IMG/VR virus record: IMGVR_UViG_3300015050_001523 | Coordinates: 96,001-160,000 of that record | DNA length: 64,000 nt | Strand: one strand, 5' to 3' | Source of the DNA: a virus | Taxonomy: Duplodnaviria > Caudoviricetes | Part shown: piece after piece, positions 18,495-27,927 of the stretch | Position numbering within the stretch: position 1 is the stretch's first letter | Layout: every line of letters begins with the position of its first letter | Notes under the pieces: generated by a model | What the model was told of the DNA's origin: nothing | The model's input: the letters and a program-made list of their open reading frames with translations, nothing else | Databases searched by the model: none | Position numbers and translations under genes: made by a program

Positions 18495-19021
18495 TCCCTG
18501 ATTATTTCTACATCGTCAAGAAACATTTTAATTTTTTCGCCTGATTTTTTGTTTTGTGCTCAACTTATTCAGACTTCACGGCAATGTTTCGAAATGAATA
18601 AATTTAATTCTCGCGTTCCAATTGGCTCAAGGTTATTTTGAGTTATAAACTTTTGAACTCGAACCCAAACATTTGCATAAGGTAGAAGCGCGAATCCATT
18701 ATGGAAAGCTTTCATTGTTGAAATGATGACAAATTCTTCATTTTTAATTTGAAGCTCAAGAACAGGAGACGCTGATGCTCCAAGCTTTTTATAAATTTCA
18801 GGCTCTAGAAAAAAGAAAATATTGTGATAAATTTCTTGGCGAGAACTTCGTGAATCTAAACGAACTTCATCATATTCACAAAGAGCGCTAAAATCAAAGG
18901 TTGAAACAGTAAATTTATTTTTCATGATTGTATAGCCTTTATGGACAACAGTCTGGATTCATACAGTGTGCGTCCCTGATTATTTCTACATCGTCAAGAA
19001 ACATTTTAATTTTTTCGCCTG
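18495..19021. repeat. 49-bp perfect direct repeat (18495-18543 and 18973-19021)
   Basis: TCCCTGATTATTTCTACATCGTCAAGAAACATTTTAATTTTTTCGCCTG occurs twice, 478 bp apart. Confidence 0.9.
18569..18925 (-). CDS. Hypothetical protein between the 49-bp repeats
   Basis: ORF in chain. Confidence 0.65.
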   Translation of the reverse strand: MKNKFTVSTFDFSALCEYDEVRLDSRSSRQEIYHNIFFFLEPEIYKKLGASASPVLELQIKNEEFVIISTMKAFHNGFALLPYANVWVRVQKFITQNNLEPIGTRELNLFISKHCREV

Positions 19022-19160
19022 GACACCAATCACTTTCATAAAGCAACCCCATCAAAATTAGTTCGACAAACTCCAAATCTAAGTTAGCCGGAACATTGAT
19101 TGTATACTCATGTTCATTGGCATTATAAAAATAAATGACTTTTGCAATTTTGGTTTCCAT
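18939..19160 (-). CDS. Hypothetical protein
   Basis: ORF downstream of tRNA-Arg; contains one copy of the 49-bp repeat. Confidence 0.6.
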   Translation of the reverse strand: METKIAKVIYFYNANEHEYTINVPANLDLEFVELILMGLLYESDWCPGEKIKMFLDDVEIIRDAHCMNPDCCP

Positions 19161-19206
19161 TTTTATTTCCTTTTTTTGAAATAATTTATTTGATGTTAAA
19201 AATTTT

Positions 19207-19280
19207 TGCGTCCGATAGGAATTGAACCTATAACCTATGGCTTAGAAGGCCATTGCTCTATCCTGTTGAGCTACGAACGC
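19207..19280 (-). tRNA. trnR: tRNA-Arg(TCT)
   Basis: ATGGC-CTTCTAA-GCCAT anticodon arm; full cloverleaf. Confidence 0.95.
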
Positions 19281-19284
19281 ATAT

Positions 19285-19378
19285 TTAAGTGATAACTGAA
19301 AATATGAAAAGCGAAAAACCAAGAACAAGAAACGCAAGTGAAACCATTTTCACAAGAGTTTATTCAGTTATCACTTAA
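19285..19378 (-). ncRNA. Inter-tRNA hairpin RNA, copy B
   Basis: 16-bp terminal inverted repeat TTAAGTGATAACTGAA/TTCAGTTATCACTTAA enclosing CTTGTGAAAATGGTTTCAC and a U-rich tract. Confidence 0.6.
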
Positions 19379-19451
19379 TGCACCTAGATGGACTTGAACC
19401 ATCAACTTCCATTTTATAAGAATGGCACTCTAACCATTGAGTTATAGGTGC
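19379..19451 (-). tRNA. trnI: tRNA-Ile with TAT (UAU) anticodon
   Basis: GCACCTA/TAGGTGC acceptor, CCATT-CTTATAA-AATGG anticodon arm. Confidence 0.9.
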
Positions 19452-19780
19452 AGAAAAAATCTAGCCCGACCCCTGTTTACCATTACATTTCAATGGACCA
19501 AACCATTTGGTATGGGTAGAGTATCGAGATAGAAATAAGCCTCCCAGATTCCGTGGACCAACAATATCTTGCTCAAGGATATTGATTTATTTAATCGACG
19601 AGTCTGCCCCAAACATTTTCAATCAAAAACCAATTCGAAAACCCTTGGGGATTTTGGCTGCCAAGCTTCCCTGGCATCTCTTGAAGGATAGCATCTTCTG
19701 GCGAAGGGTCAAGGCTATCTTTCATCCTTTTTTTGGGCTGTTCTATCTAAACAATAAATGCAAATCTTATATCATAAGAT

Positions 19781-20221
19781 ATGGGTTATATAGATATTGA
19801 TTATAGATCATTAAAAATATTAGAAGAAGATATAAAATGTATTTTGAAATCTCCAATGGTTTATTCTGAAAACATTTATTCATTCGAAGTCATGTTAGAT
19901 TTATTTTTAAAAAGTTATTTAAAAATAAAAGGATATGATGAGGATTATAGAAAAAAAATTCTCAAAAAATCTAGAGAAAAAATACATAAAAAATACTCAT
20001 TTAAATACCCGGCAGGTGGTGTACTGAAATATTATCTTTATTGCAGTATGCCTAAAAAATATTTAACACCTTACTGGGATGACATTAAATGGGAAATGCT
20101 GCAAGAAATATTTGATATATATGATGAGTTTGTAAGAGAAGTTTTAGAATATCCTCTTCCAATTAAAACAATTTTTGAAAAAATATTGTCAGAAAATCAC
20201 TATAACCCATATTATGATTAA
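19781..20221 (+). CDS. Hypothetical protein on the minority strand
   Basis: 146-aa ORF; weak likeness (ILKxPxM..ExML) to 50706..51425. Confidence 0.65.
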   Translation: MGYIDIDYRSLKILEEDIKCILKSPMVYSENIYSFEVMLDLFLKSYLKIKGYDEDYRKKILKKSREKIHKKYSFKYPAGGVLKYYLYCSMPKKYLTPYWDDIKWEMLQEIFDIYDEFVREVLEYPLPIKTIFEKILSENHYNPYYD

Positions 20222-20235
20222 TTTCAAATTTATTG

Positions 20236-20312
20236 GCCCATCCTTTGCATGGGCACTTATTGTTAATTAATAACCATATTAAAAAAAGAAATACAATATT
20301 GTATTTCTTTTT
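20236..20312. promoter_or_regulatory. Outlying degenerate cassette element plus bidirectional terminator
   Basis: CATCCTTTGCAT..TTATTGTTAATTAATAA and hairpin AAAAGAAATACAATATTGTATTTCTTTT. Confidence 0.55.
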
Positions 20313-20321
20313 GAAAATTGC

Positions 20322-20582
20322 TTAGTCTACGTCACAATCTCTTGTAATTGCATTAAGCAAATCTTGCACATCACTTAATTCATTAATTTGGCCAGATTCT
20401 TCTCCTCCGTAGCGATAAGCAATGCGCCATGCCCAACCCTCATTTTCGCAGTCCTGGTTATTCCCAGAAAACTCGGGCATGAGGAACATGCTCTTCACTA
20501 ATAATAAGACAAGTGCCGCTATCATAACGCCAATTAATATCATTAGTAGATAATTCAGCGGCAATAAGATTAAGATCATCAA
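20322..20582 (-). CDS. Small membrane protein
   Basis: Hydrophobic N-terminal half. Confidence 0.5.
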   Translation of the reverse strand: MMILILLPLNYLLMILIGVMIAALVLLLVKSMFLMPEFSGNNQDCENEGWAWRIAYRYGGEESGQINELSDVQDLLNAITRDCDVD

Positions 20583-20614
20583 TTTGTAGACTTGTTGACA
20601 TAATATATTTCCAA

Positions 20615-21130
20615 TTAAATCTTATTAAGTTTGTGTTTTTTTAAAGACCAAGACTTTGTTGATAAATCAAAACGAGGATCTTTAAGATCAAAATCTTGAA
20701 TATTGACAAATCCTCCAATTCCTTCAACTTCTCCCCCAAGAATCGGGCAAAAAGCAAATAAATCTTTTTCAATAAAAACTTGGTTCAAACTTTTTTGAAT
20801 TAGCTCATATTCAATTGAGGATAATTCATTATTCTCATTCATTTTTGCTGCAATGGCTTTTGCATCTTCAACTGTGGGGCATTTATCAAAATGCATGGCA
20901 ATGGGTTTTTCAACCAAATCATCAGGATTTTTGTCGAGATCAAGAATTGGGATTTTCAACTCAAAAATATAATCATTTTTTTCATTATTGCGGCATGAAT
21001 AAACGCCAGCTCTAAAACCCTTTTTTAGAGCCAAATAATGATCTGGCTCATAACCACAATAAGTTGATTTGAGGTCTGGTGCGAAAGAATGTATCCATTT
21101 TTTGAACAAGTATGTCCAAGAAGTATTCAT
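20615..21130 (-). CDS. Hypothetical protein
   Basis: ORF in chain. Confidence 0.65.
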   Translation of the reverse strand: MNTSWTYLFKKWIHSFAPDLKSTYCGYEPDHYLALKKGFRAGVYSCRNNEKNDYIFELKIPILDLDKNPDDLVEKPIAMHFDKCPTVEDAKAIAAKMNENNELSSIEYELIQKSLNQVFIEKDLFAFCPILGGEVEGIGGFVNIQDFDLKDPRFDLSTKSWSLKKHKLNKI

Positions 21131-21262
21131 TGATTAAGCCAATCCCAACAATAAGATCCATCTTCTGCACGATAATAAAAAACCCAACGTCCACGGATTC
21201 GTCCAATATCATCTATAGTGGCAGAACCGATTTTTGTTCCAATCAGTTTATTTCTCATAATT

Positions 21263-21769
21263 TTATGTAAGGTATTGTTTAATTTCATTTTTTATAACCT
21301 CTGCTACTATTTGCTCTGGATCAATTCCAAGTTCGTCCCAAATCACATCGATGATTGTATTCTGTAAAACTTCATTACAATATTTCGTCGGACCTGGTGG
21401 TCCACTGAGTATTGCAGCCACTCGCTGCTGTACCCAACGCTGAAGACTCTGCCACTCCTGAAGATTGAGCTGGTCGTGTTCAGGCTCGATTCCTTGCAAC
21501 CGCTGCGCAAGCTCTCGCGCTGATTCAGTAGTCAAATTTTGGCGCAGAATCTCTGCCCATCCTCGATATTCTTCTGCATGAGCAAGCTCATATGTGGCTC
21601 GCTTACGATGTGATCTCTCGTTATTTTCAACCAGTTCAAGCATATATTCACGAGATCCAGAAGCGATTCCATCGCACCACTCATCTTCGATATAAATTTC
21701 AATTATAAAATGATCTGCACTTGATTGAACAAGTCTGCAATCACCATGCTTTGGACTTGGACTATTCAT
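21263..21769 (-). CDS. Hypothetical protein
   Basis: ORF in chain. Confidence 0.65.
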   Translation of the reverse strand: MNSPSPKHGDCRLVQSSADHFIIEIYIEDEWCDGIASGSREYMLELVENNERSHRKRATYELAHAEEYRGWAEILRQNLTTESARELAQRLQGIEPEHDQLNLQEWQSLQRWVQQRVAAILSGPPGPTKYCNEVLQNTIIDVIWDELGIDPEQIVAEVIKNEIKQYLT

Positions 21770-21995
21770 CAGATTTCCCGCGAATAAAATTTTCTAAATT
21801 TAGTGTAGGGATTCCTAGTGGACCATCTGTCTCAGTGAATAATTCAATACTGCTTCCATCAGTAAAATTAATTACCCACATATTGATACAAGTAGTATCA
21901 ATTGACTGAATTGTTTTTCCATAAATGTGATTTTTATTTTTTGCCTTATTTAACATATTTAATCCTTTATTTTCTAGCTCTTCATCGCCACCCAA
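21762..21995 (-). CDS. Hypothetical protein
   Basis: ORF in chain. Confidence 0.5.
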   Translation of the reverse strand: MGGDEELENKGLNMLNKAKNKNHIYGKTIQSIDTTCINMWVINFTDGSSIELFTETDGPLGIPTLNLENFIRGKSDE

Positions 21996-22303
21996 CGTCG
22001 CGGCATCATTTTGCCCCTATAACGTGAAAATTGACGGTTACGGGTTCCTTCGCTTATTTGCAGACTGCCGATGCCGCTCATATCGACTCGACGCGAAGCA
22101 ATTGCAGTAAGCGCCATGGCTACCCTCACAAATTCCCATCGTCCGCGTGGCGTGGGTCCAAGTCGGCGATGTATTTCAGCAGCGGTTGTAGACCCATATG
22201 ATTTTGTTAGCTCAAGCGCTGCTGCGAATACCTGGCATTCAACGCGATCATCAAAATCCCCATGCATTTCAACGGGTCGTTTTTTTGGTAGTTGTTCTTC
22301 CAT
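21974..22303 (-). CDS. Hypothetical protein
   Basis: ORF in chain. Confidence 0.55.
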   Translation of the reverse strand: MEEQLPKKRPVEMHGDFDDRVECQVFAAALELTKSYGSTTAAEIHRRLGPTPRGRWEFVRVAMALTAIASRRVDMSGIGSLQISEGTRNRQFSRYRGKMMPRRWVAMKS

Positions 22304-22314
22304 TTTTTTATCTA

Positions 22315-22605
22315 CTAATATCGAATAAAAAATTCTGAAAAATCATCGATTGAAAGATTTCGAATATCTGACATATTAGGCCGAGCACATGTCATATTGG
22401 TTTTGGCAGCCTTAATATATCCGGCAGTTTCGCTGGGAGTTTGACACTCAGAATCGCTCCCAAATCGAACCCACCGAGCCCAACCAGACTTGGCCTCAGA
22501 AATTTCAAAGCCATGACGATGCATTAGCGGAAATTCCTTCGCTTCGCAAGTGAGAACTTCATTAAGGGAAAGAACTTGAGCAGAATATGAAACATTGTTA
22601 ATCAT
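22315..22605 (-). CDS. Hypothetical protein
   Basis: ORF in chain. Confidence 0.55.
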   Translation of the reverse strand: MINNVSYSAQVLSLNEVLTCEAKEFPLMHRHGFEISEAKSGWARWVRFGSDSECQTPSETAGYIKAAKTNMTCARPNMSDIRNLSIDDFSEFFIRY

Positions 22606-22652
22606 TGAACTAATCTCCTAAAATTAACTAATCATATATTTAGAGTTTATTG

Positions 22653-22958
22653 TCAATCAATTTCCCAAATTTTGGATCGGCTTTTAAGGGCTTGCAATTT
22701 TTGATTCAGCAATTCCGAATGAAGCTCGGAAGCAGCCCAACGCAAGGTCCGAGCACGCTCCCTCATTTCGGCTTCATACACCCCGCGCTTATAGCCAGAC
22801 GGGCGATCATTCGTCAAAGTTTTCTCTTGGCTTTCAAGGCGATCAGCTTCTGCGCGCCACCTAACAACAAGATCTTCGATTTTGGAATTCATTGTCCTGA
22901 ATCTTTCTTTCTTTTTTATTTGTTGAAATCCATGGCCCCGCTTTTGGAGCCTCTGCAC
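22653..22958 (-). CDS. Coiled-coil hypothetical protein
   Basis: ORF after tRNA-Arg; true start probably MNSKIED. Confidence 0.55.
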   Translation of the reverse strand: MQRLQKRGHGFQQIKKKERFRTMNSKIEDLVVRWRAEADRLESQEKTLTNDRPSGYKRGVYEAEMRERARTLRWAASELHSELLNQKLQALKSRSKIWEID

Positions 22959-23027
22959 CAGATAGGATTCGAACCTATGACCTACGGCTTAGAAGGCCGT
23001 TGCTCTATCCAGCTGAGCTACTGATGC
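22954..23027 (-). tRNA. trnR: tRNA-Arg(TCT)
   Basis: ACGGC-CTTCTAA-GCCGT anticodon arm; TTGACT-N17-TATACT promoter just upstream. Confidence 0.95.
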
Positions 23028-23084
23028 GTATTCTAAAGTATAAACGAGGCCAAGTGAAAAGTCAAGGGAGAAATCGCATAAATT

Positions 23085-23309
23085 TTATTCGTATGTAGTA
23101 CAAATATGTTTTACATCTTTTCCTGCATAATCTTGATCCCATCGGCAGCCAACTTCTTCATGAGAATCTTTATTGGTTGCATAATACCTTTTTTCCCCCT
23201 TAATCCAATGACCATCTTCCAAAATCATAAAAGTTACCAAATATGAATCTGAGTAAGTGCAACGATCTTTTGTATTTTTTAGTTCTGAGTCAATTTTAAT
23301 CATTAGCAA
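23085..23309 (-). CDS. Hypothetical protein
   Basis: ORF in chain. Confidence 0.55.
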   Translation of the reverse strand: MLMIKIDSELKNTKDRCTYSDSYLVTFMILEDGHWIKGEKRYYATNKDSHEEVGCRWDQDYAGKDVKHICTTYE

Positions 23310-23483
23310 TCTCCTAAATCTACATGAACAAGACCATCTTTAATTTCATGCTCTTCTACGCTTACATCTGGATCATAATTGTATGAATCTTTCATTAATT
23401 CACGAGCAGAAGCCTCAGAAGTAGAGACCACAACAATTGAACCACGCCAACTTAAATTTTGAACATAAATTTTAAGATTCATT

Positions 23484-23777
23484 TTAATTCTTCTTCTTTT
23501 TGATAGACGAGATAAAAGCGTCAAGAGCAGCAGAATCAAATTCGACAACTTTACATTCTCGAATTTCCTCCCAAGCCGAGACAACACCTTCCATAACTTC
23601 CAGAAAGTCCATCATACTCAGATCGGGAGCGGTTGCAGCTTCAAGAACCAATTCCCTCAAATCTCCAACCTTTCCAATGTCTGAAATCTCATCCAGCTTA
23701 TCCAAGAAATTCGTTCGAAGATCGCAAGATTTTGGGTCGAAATGAGGAGGAGGCAAGGTTCCTGGCAGCAGATTCAT
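23484..23777 (-). CDS. Hypothetical protein
   Basis: ORF in chain. Confidence 0.55.
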   Translation of the reverse strand: MNLLPGTLPPPHFDPKSCDLRTNFLDKLDEISDIGKVGDLRELVLEAATAPDLSMMDFLEVMEGVVSAWEEIRECKVVEFDSAALDAFISSIKKKKN

Positions 23778-23830
23778 GAAAGAATGATAGCATCAAATGG
23801 TGGGAGGGCAAGAGATTTTGATCTGGATTT

Positions 23831-24223
23831 CTAAATCTTTTCCAGTTTTTGAAAATTAACACTTTCACTATAGTAACCGTTGCTACTACCAAGCCAACGA
23901 ACAGTTACATAACCTTTGACTGTAGCGAATTTATAGAATGTCCAAGTGAAACTTTCAGCGTTGTCTGGATGAGGACGGTCTTCGCCTTCATTATCAATAC
24001 TCTCAGCCAACAATATCGGAGAATCCATAAGATCACTTAAGTCGCCAGAAATATCTTCAATATAAACATATTCGCAGCAACTCTGAGAATGAATAAAAGC
24101 ATAGGTAGTGCCATCGCTTAGATGAAATATGATGGATTCATCATCCTGTTCAACAAGAGTAGCGGTTTGGTCGATAAGAACGTCGATATCTGCCATAGCT
24201 CCGATTTTGTAATGCTGGGTCAT
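23831..24223 (-). CDS. Conserved phage protein (HxQxCCE / TWTFY / SNGYYSE family, DUF7448-like), leaderless
   Basis: HSQSCCEYVYIEDISGDL..SFTWTFYKFATVKGYV..SSNGYYSES; TTGCAT-N16-TATAAT-N6-ATG. Confidence 0.75.
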   Translation of the reverse strand: MTQHYKIGAMADIDVLIDQTATLVEQDDESIIFHLSDGTTYAFIHSQSCCEYVYIEDISGDLSDLMDSPILLAESIDNEGEDRPHPDNAESFTWTFYKFATVKGYVTVRWLGSSNGYYSESVNFQKLEKI

Positions 24224-24307
24224 CAACATATTATAGCCCATATCTGGCGTGATGCAATCCAAAAAAAATTTCTTGCATACTCATTTTTTAGGTGTATACT
24301 CAAGCTT

Positions 24308-24727
24308 ATGAATTTGAGTAAGGACGAATTTGAAAGCATTCTAAATCTTGAAGTTGGTGAGGACTTTCAGGATTCAACTGGTACTGTTTGGGCTCGCTTC
24401 CCGAGCACCGATGGAAATATGGAATATAAAATTAGCACAAACGGCCATAATAATGATTATGATACAGGTTCTTCTTGGGTCCCTAAAAAAGAATTGCAAG
24501 AAATTTTTGACATTGGCCAGCGAGAAGCTCAGCTTCATAAAACCCCAAATTGCTCACGTCCGCTCTATGGGATTCGATTGAAGGCCGGAGACACCTTGCA
24601 GGCAACCGATATGTATGATTCAACTGGAGGCGACTGGGCGCCTTGTCCAGTGCCAGGATTGAAGCTTGGGCATCTTGGTTCAGATTCAGTAGTCTGGGTT
24701 CGCCCAATAATAACTAATAAGGAATAA
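24308..24727 (+). CDS. Hypothetical protein, leaderless, divergent from 23831..24223
   Basis: TTGCAT(24273)-N16-TATACT(24295)-N7-ATG(24308). Confidence 0.7.
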   Translation: MNLSKDEFESILNLEVGEDFQDSTGTVWARFPSTDGNMEYKISTNGHNNDYDTGSSWVPKKELQEIFDIGQREAQLHKTPNCSRPLYGIRLKAGDTLQATDMYDSTGGDWAPCPVPGLKLGHLGSDSVVWVRPIITNKE

Positions 24728-24730
24728 ATT

Positions 24731-24922
24731 ATGCGAGAACTAATTCTATCAAAAATTGAATTTCATAAAAATGGATCACAAAATTTTTCAAATGAATATC
24801 GATGGAAAAATGCTATATTGAATGATATTCATGCTTCAAAAATTAAATTTGAAGACTTGTCAGATGAGGACTTACTTAAGATTTTTGAAAAAATCCTATA
24901 TCATTCATTCAGAATGATTTAA
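24731..24922 (+). CDS. Small hypothetical protein
   Basis: Follows 24308..24727. Confidence 0.6.
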   Translation: MRELILSKIEFHKNGSQNFSNEYRWKNAILNDIHASKIKFEDLSDEDLLKIFEKILYHSFRMI

Positions 24923-24934
24923 AAAATGAAATGA

Positions 24935-25004
24935 AAAAATGGCGAAATTTCGCCATTTTTCTTTTTAATGGAACTTATTAATTAATAACCAAGAGCTATG
25001 CAAA
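24935..25004. promoter_or_regulatory. Outlying cassette element (terminator plus palindrome)
   Basis: AAAAATGGCGAAATTTCGCCATTTTT then TTATTAATTAATAA-N9-ATGCA; near twin at 38958..39028. Confidence 0.7.
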
Positions 25005-25042
25005 ATTCGAGCCAAGTGGCTCGAATTTTTTCTTTCTTGAAA

Positions 25043-25714
25043 TTAAGTCGAAAGAAGATTGTCGGTTCGCTTAATTGTTCCAATTTTAACAAGCATTTCG
25101 ACTGTCTCGAAAATAAACTTGATTTTTGTTTCATTTACAGAATCAATTTTTGCCTTGGTGCAAGGACCAGACTTGAGGCACTTAAGAATAAATTCCCTTG
25201 CAGGAAGAGTATTCAATCGAAAACCAGAATCATCTTTAACAATGGTTCCAAGGCTTAATAGTTTATTTGTCCGATACAAAACCCTTTGATATGGAATTGA
25301 AGTCCTTTTTGCAATAGTTGCGGTGCCAAAGCTGGATGCTGGGTCTCGGCTCAAAAAATTGATAACTTTATCCATTTCTTGCTGAATGTCGATGGCCTCT
25401 TTTTGAGGCTCGATCAAATAATCATCTCGGCGATGCAAGATTTCATTTTTTTGAGGAATCAACAATTGCGCAAATTCCGTCAATGGAATTTCCATAACTT
25501 GTTCCTTTACTCCCTTGGACCGCTTAATCTCATCCCAAAGACTTCCAAAAGAATAAAAAGGATTTTCTTCAATCCTTTGCTGAATCAAATCAATAAGGCT
25601 TTGCTTTGCGGCAGCTGCACGCATTTCCTTGAGCTTTTCATTTGTTTGTTTTGAAACTTGATCTGCAAATGACATATTGATTGTTTTCCTTTTTAAAATG
25701 AAAGAAGAGTCCAA
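25043..25714 (-). CDS. Putative winged-helix DNA-binding protein
   Basis: FGTATIAKRTSIPYQRVLYRTNKLLSLGTIVKDDSGFRL and a second wHTH-like segment. Confidence 0.55.
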   Translation of the reverse strand: MDSSFILKRKTINMSFADQVSKQTNEKLKEMRAAAAKQSLIDLIQQRIEENPFYSFGSLWDEIKRSKGVKEQVMEIPLTEFAQLLIPQKNEILHRRDDYLIEPQKEAIDIQQEMDKVINFLSRDPASSFGTATIAKRTSIPYQRVLYRTNKLLSLGTIVKDDSGFRLNTLPAREFILKCLKSGPCTKAKIDSVNETKIKFIFETVEMLVKIGTIKRTDNLLST

Positions 25715-26016
25715 TAAGAAACACCATCAATCTCAAATCGACACACTTCGATATCGTCTAAGGTAAATGTTTCCAAAATTGGCCATGAGAGTTTTTTACA
25801 TTCATTGTCATTTTCATATTTTTGATCAATGTTTGTCATGACATCATAAAGATAAACACACTCTTCATTATCTTCAAAATGACGATAAGCTTTATCATCC
25901 ATTGAATACAAAACTGTATAAGCAACAGCCAATGACTTTTTGAGAAAAACTGGATATGAAGTATATTTAATCATATATTCTACAGCTCTAGGGCTTCTCG
26001 CTGTGTAGGTTCTCAA
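25693..26016 (-). CDS. Hypothetical protein
   Basis: ORF in chain. Confidence 0.55.
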   Translation of the reverse strand: MRTYTARSPRAVEYMIKYTSYPVFLKKSLAVAYTVLYSMDDKAYRHFEDNEECVYLYDVMTNIDQKYENDNECKKLSWPILETFTLDDIEVCRFEIDGVSYWTLLSF

Positions 26017-26251
26017 TCGCTGGCACGCATGCGTCTAAAATCTCGCGCAGAGACACACCTGCCTCTAGAGCTTCCACAAGAACACCTTCGATACCCTTCA
26101 AGAAAGACTGGGAACTCAGAATAAACCGATCCTTGTCGTCGATCACTCGAAGCTGGCTTTGCACGGCAAGGCACTGGCCACGGACGCAACGTTCACCGCT
26201 GTTACGTTGGGACAGGCATCCATCCGATAGGCATATGAGTTTGATTGGCAT
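25988..26251 (-). CDS. Cys-rich hypothetical protein
   Basis: CLSDGC..C...C. Confidence 0.55.
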   Translation of the reverse strand: MPIKLICLSDGCLSQRNSGERCVRGQCLAVQSQLRVIDDKDRFILSSQSFLKGIEGVLVEALEAGVSLREILDACVPAIENLHSEKP

Positions 26252-26259
26252 AATAAAAT

Positions 26260-26565
26260 TTACAGTCCGAGGACTTCCCGTTCTTCTTTGGTGAGCTTAG
26301 AAATGGCTTCAACTTTAAGTTCTTCACGACGTTGAAGTTCAAGTTCGTCGCAGGTATCAAGAATTGTTATTACTGTCTCGTAAATATTGTTGATATCCGC
26401 TTTCTCGCTTTGATATCCCATTACACACCAGCGGACGTATGCCGGCGACTTCACAAACTTAATTGCAGCCCGTTCATTGGAGAATCGCGCTACAACTTTC
26501 ATAGGGCCTCGACCCTCCATTGTGTCGGTGTGGCCCATTACTTCAAAACATTTAATAATTTGCAT
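26260..26565 (-). CDS. Hypothetical phage protein
   Basis: DTMEGRGPM..AISKLTKEEREVLGL pattern. Confidence 0.65.
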   Translation of the reverse strand: MQIIKCFEVMGHTDTMEGRGPMKVVARFSNERAAIKFVKSPAYVRWCVMGYQSEKADINNIYETVITILDTCDELELQRREELKVEAISKLTKEEREVLGL

Positions 26566-26624
26566 TTTTTTAGTTTCCTATTTCTTTAAAAAATGAATCT
26601 ATTTTTTGGCAGGATTGTAACGAA

Positions 26625-26885
26625 TCAATCAATGATGGTATAATCCCTCTTTTTCCTCAAAAAATAACCATCACAAAACCCGTGGAATCCAAGCCATGTA
26701 CTCTCATTATGTTCAAGGCGACTCATTGATTGAGGAATAAAATCAGAACCATATGCACCTTGATCTCGCTCCTCCTTTCGGCGCTGAGCCATCCCAGAGT
26801 CAAACCCTGAATCATATTGGACTTTGAGCCATTCTTTAGCGCCAATCTTTGCCATAAGACAGTTCTCATTAAGATTTGTGAACAT
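26625..26885 (-). CDS. Hypothetical protein
   Basis: ORF in chain. Confidence 0.55.
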   Translation of the reverse strand: MFTNLNENCLMAKIGAKEWLKVQYDSGFDSGMAQRRKEERDQGAYGSDFIPQSMSRLEHNESTWLGFHGFCDGYFLRKKRDYTIID

Positions 26886-26916
26886 TTATTTTTTCTTTCT
26901 AAAAAATGAAAGGAAA

Positions 26917-27294
26917 TTAGTAGCCGATGACTGCCAGGCCAGGTTCGATTTGATAACTGCGAATTATTGGCGTTGCATAAGCGAAATAATTTTGTGAATT
27001 ATTTGCAGTATCTACAAGATCGATTACTGGATTAAAGGACTTTATAGCCTTTGTGGCGGCAACCAACCTAATCGCTGTATCTTCCATAAATCCTGACCAC
27101 TTGCAGAGATGGCGAGAAATAAGAAAATAACCAGCTGCATTAAGCTGAGTCTCTGCACTTTTGGCCAATTTTAGAGTGACTGAAAATCGATGAGTATCAG
27201 AATAATTCTGAGTCACATTACGAATAAGGTGTACCTCGATATCATGCTTGTCAAGCTGATATCGCGGAAAATCGTTGGAGTCAACCTTAATCAT
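26917..27294 (-). CDS. Hypothetical protein
   Basis: ORF in chain. Confidence 0.6.
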   Translation of the reverse strand: MIKVDSNDFPRYQLDKHDIEVHLIRNVTQNYSDTHRFSVTLKLAKSAETQLNAAGYFLISRHLCKWSGFMEDTAIRLVAATKAIKSFNPVIDLVDTANNSQNYFAYATPIIRSYQIEPGLAVIGY

Positions 27295-27408
27295 TTTATT
27301 CCTTTTGCAAAGATTTGCTGCTTGCTAAATGCTGTGATTTGATTCTAATTTTTGGCAAGAAATGAAAAAATAATTCCATTTAATGCCAATTTATTATTAA
27401 AAAATCAT

Positions 27409-27813
27409 TCAGATATCAGAACGATGAAATAATTTTGAGTAATCAGCACTTGATGACGTTCCAAACCGGCGCTCGTCTTTAAACAACGATTCCTTTAATT
27501 CTGGGCAGTAAATAACCCATCCAAAGCCAAGTGAATCAGTTTTCCATTCAAGTTCAAAAAACTGGGTAATTTCTTCAAAAAAATCGTCCAGTCGATCATC
27601 TTCATCGTCAACACAATTATTCCTCGCAAACATAAAAAGACAAGGGATAAGTTTCCCAAAAAATTGGAGAGGGCTTGCGTTAGATTCTGGATCGGAATTG
27701 AAACAAAAGCAGCTTTCACCGAACATTCCGCGACCAGAGTAAAGACTAACAGAAAATTCCATTTCGTCAACTGCAAACATCAAAGCATCGATCATGTTGT
27801 TTGACAAGTTCAT
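27409..27813 (-). CDS. Hypothetical phage protein
   Basis: YSGRGMFGESC..DSLGFGWVIY motif. Confidence 0.7.
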   Translation of the reverse strand: MNLSNNMIDALMFAVDEMEFSVSLYSGRGMFGESCFCFNSDPESNASPLQFFGKLIPCLFMFARNNCVDDEDDRLDDFFEEITQFFELEWKTDSLGFGWVIYCPELKESLFKDERRFGTSSSADYSKLFHRSDI

Positions 27814-27855
27814 TTTTTATATTCTTTCTTTGGAAGATGAAAAATCTTAGAAATT

Positions 27856-27927
27856 TGAGCCTAGTAAGATTCGAACTTACAACCTTGAGATTAAAAGTCT
27901 CTCGCTCTACCGTTGAGCTATAGGCCC
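27856..27927 (-). tRNA. trnK: tRNA-Lys(TTT)
   Basis: GGGCCTA/TAGGCTC acceptor, anticodon loop CTTTTAA, T-loop TTCGAAT. Confidence 0.93.

Noticed and set aside
19507-19800. Plus-strand 97-aa ORF
   Set aside because: No motif, atypical composition and a GTG/TTG-type start; probably spurious or a decayed segment.
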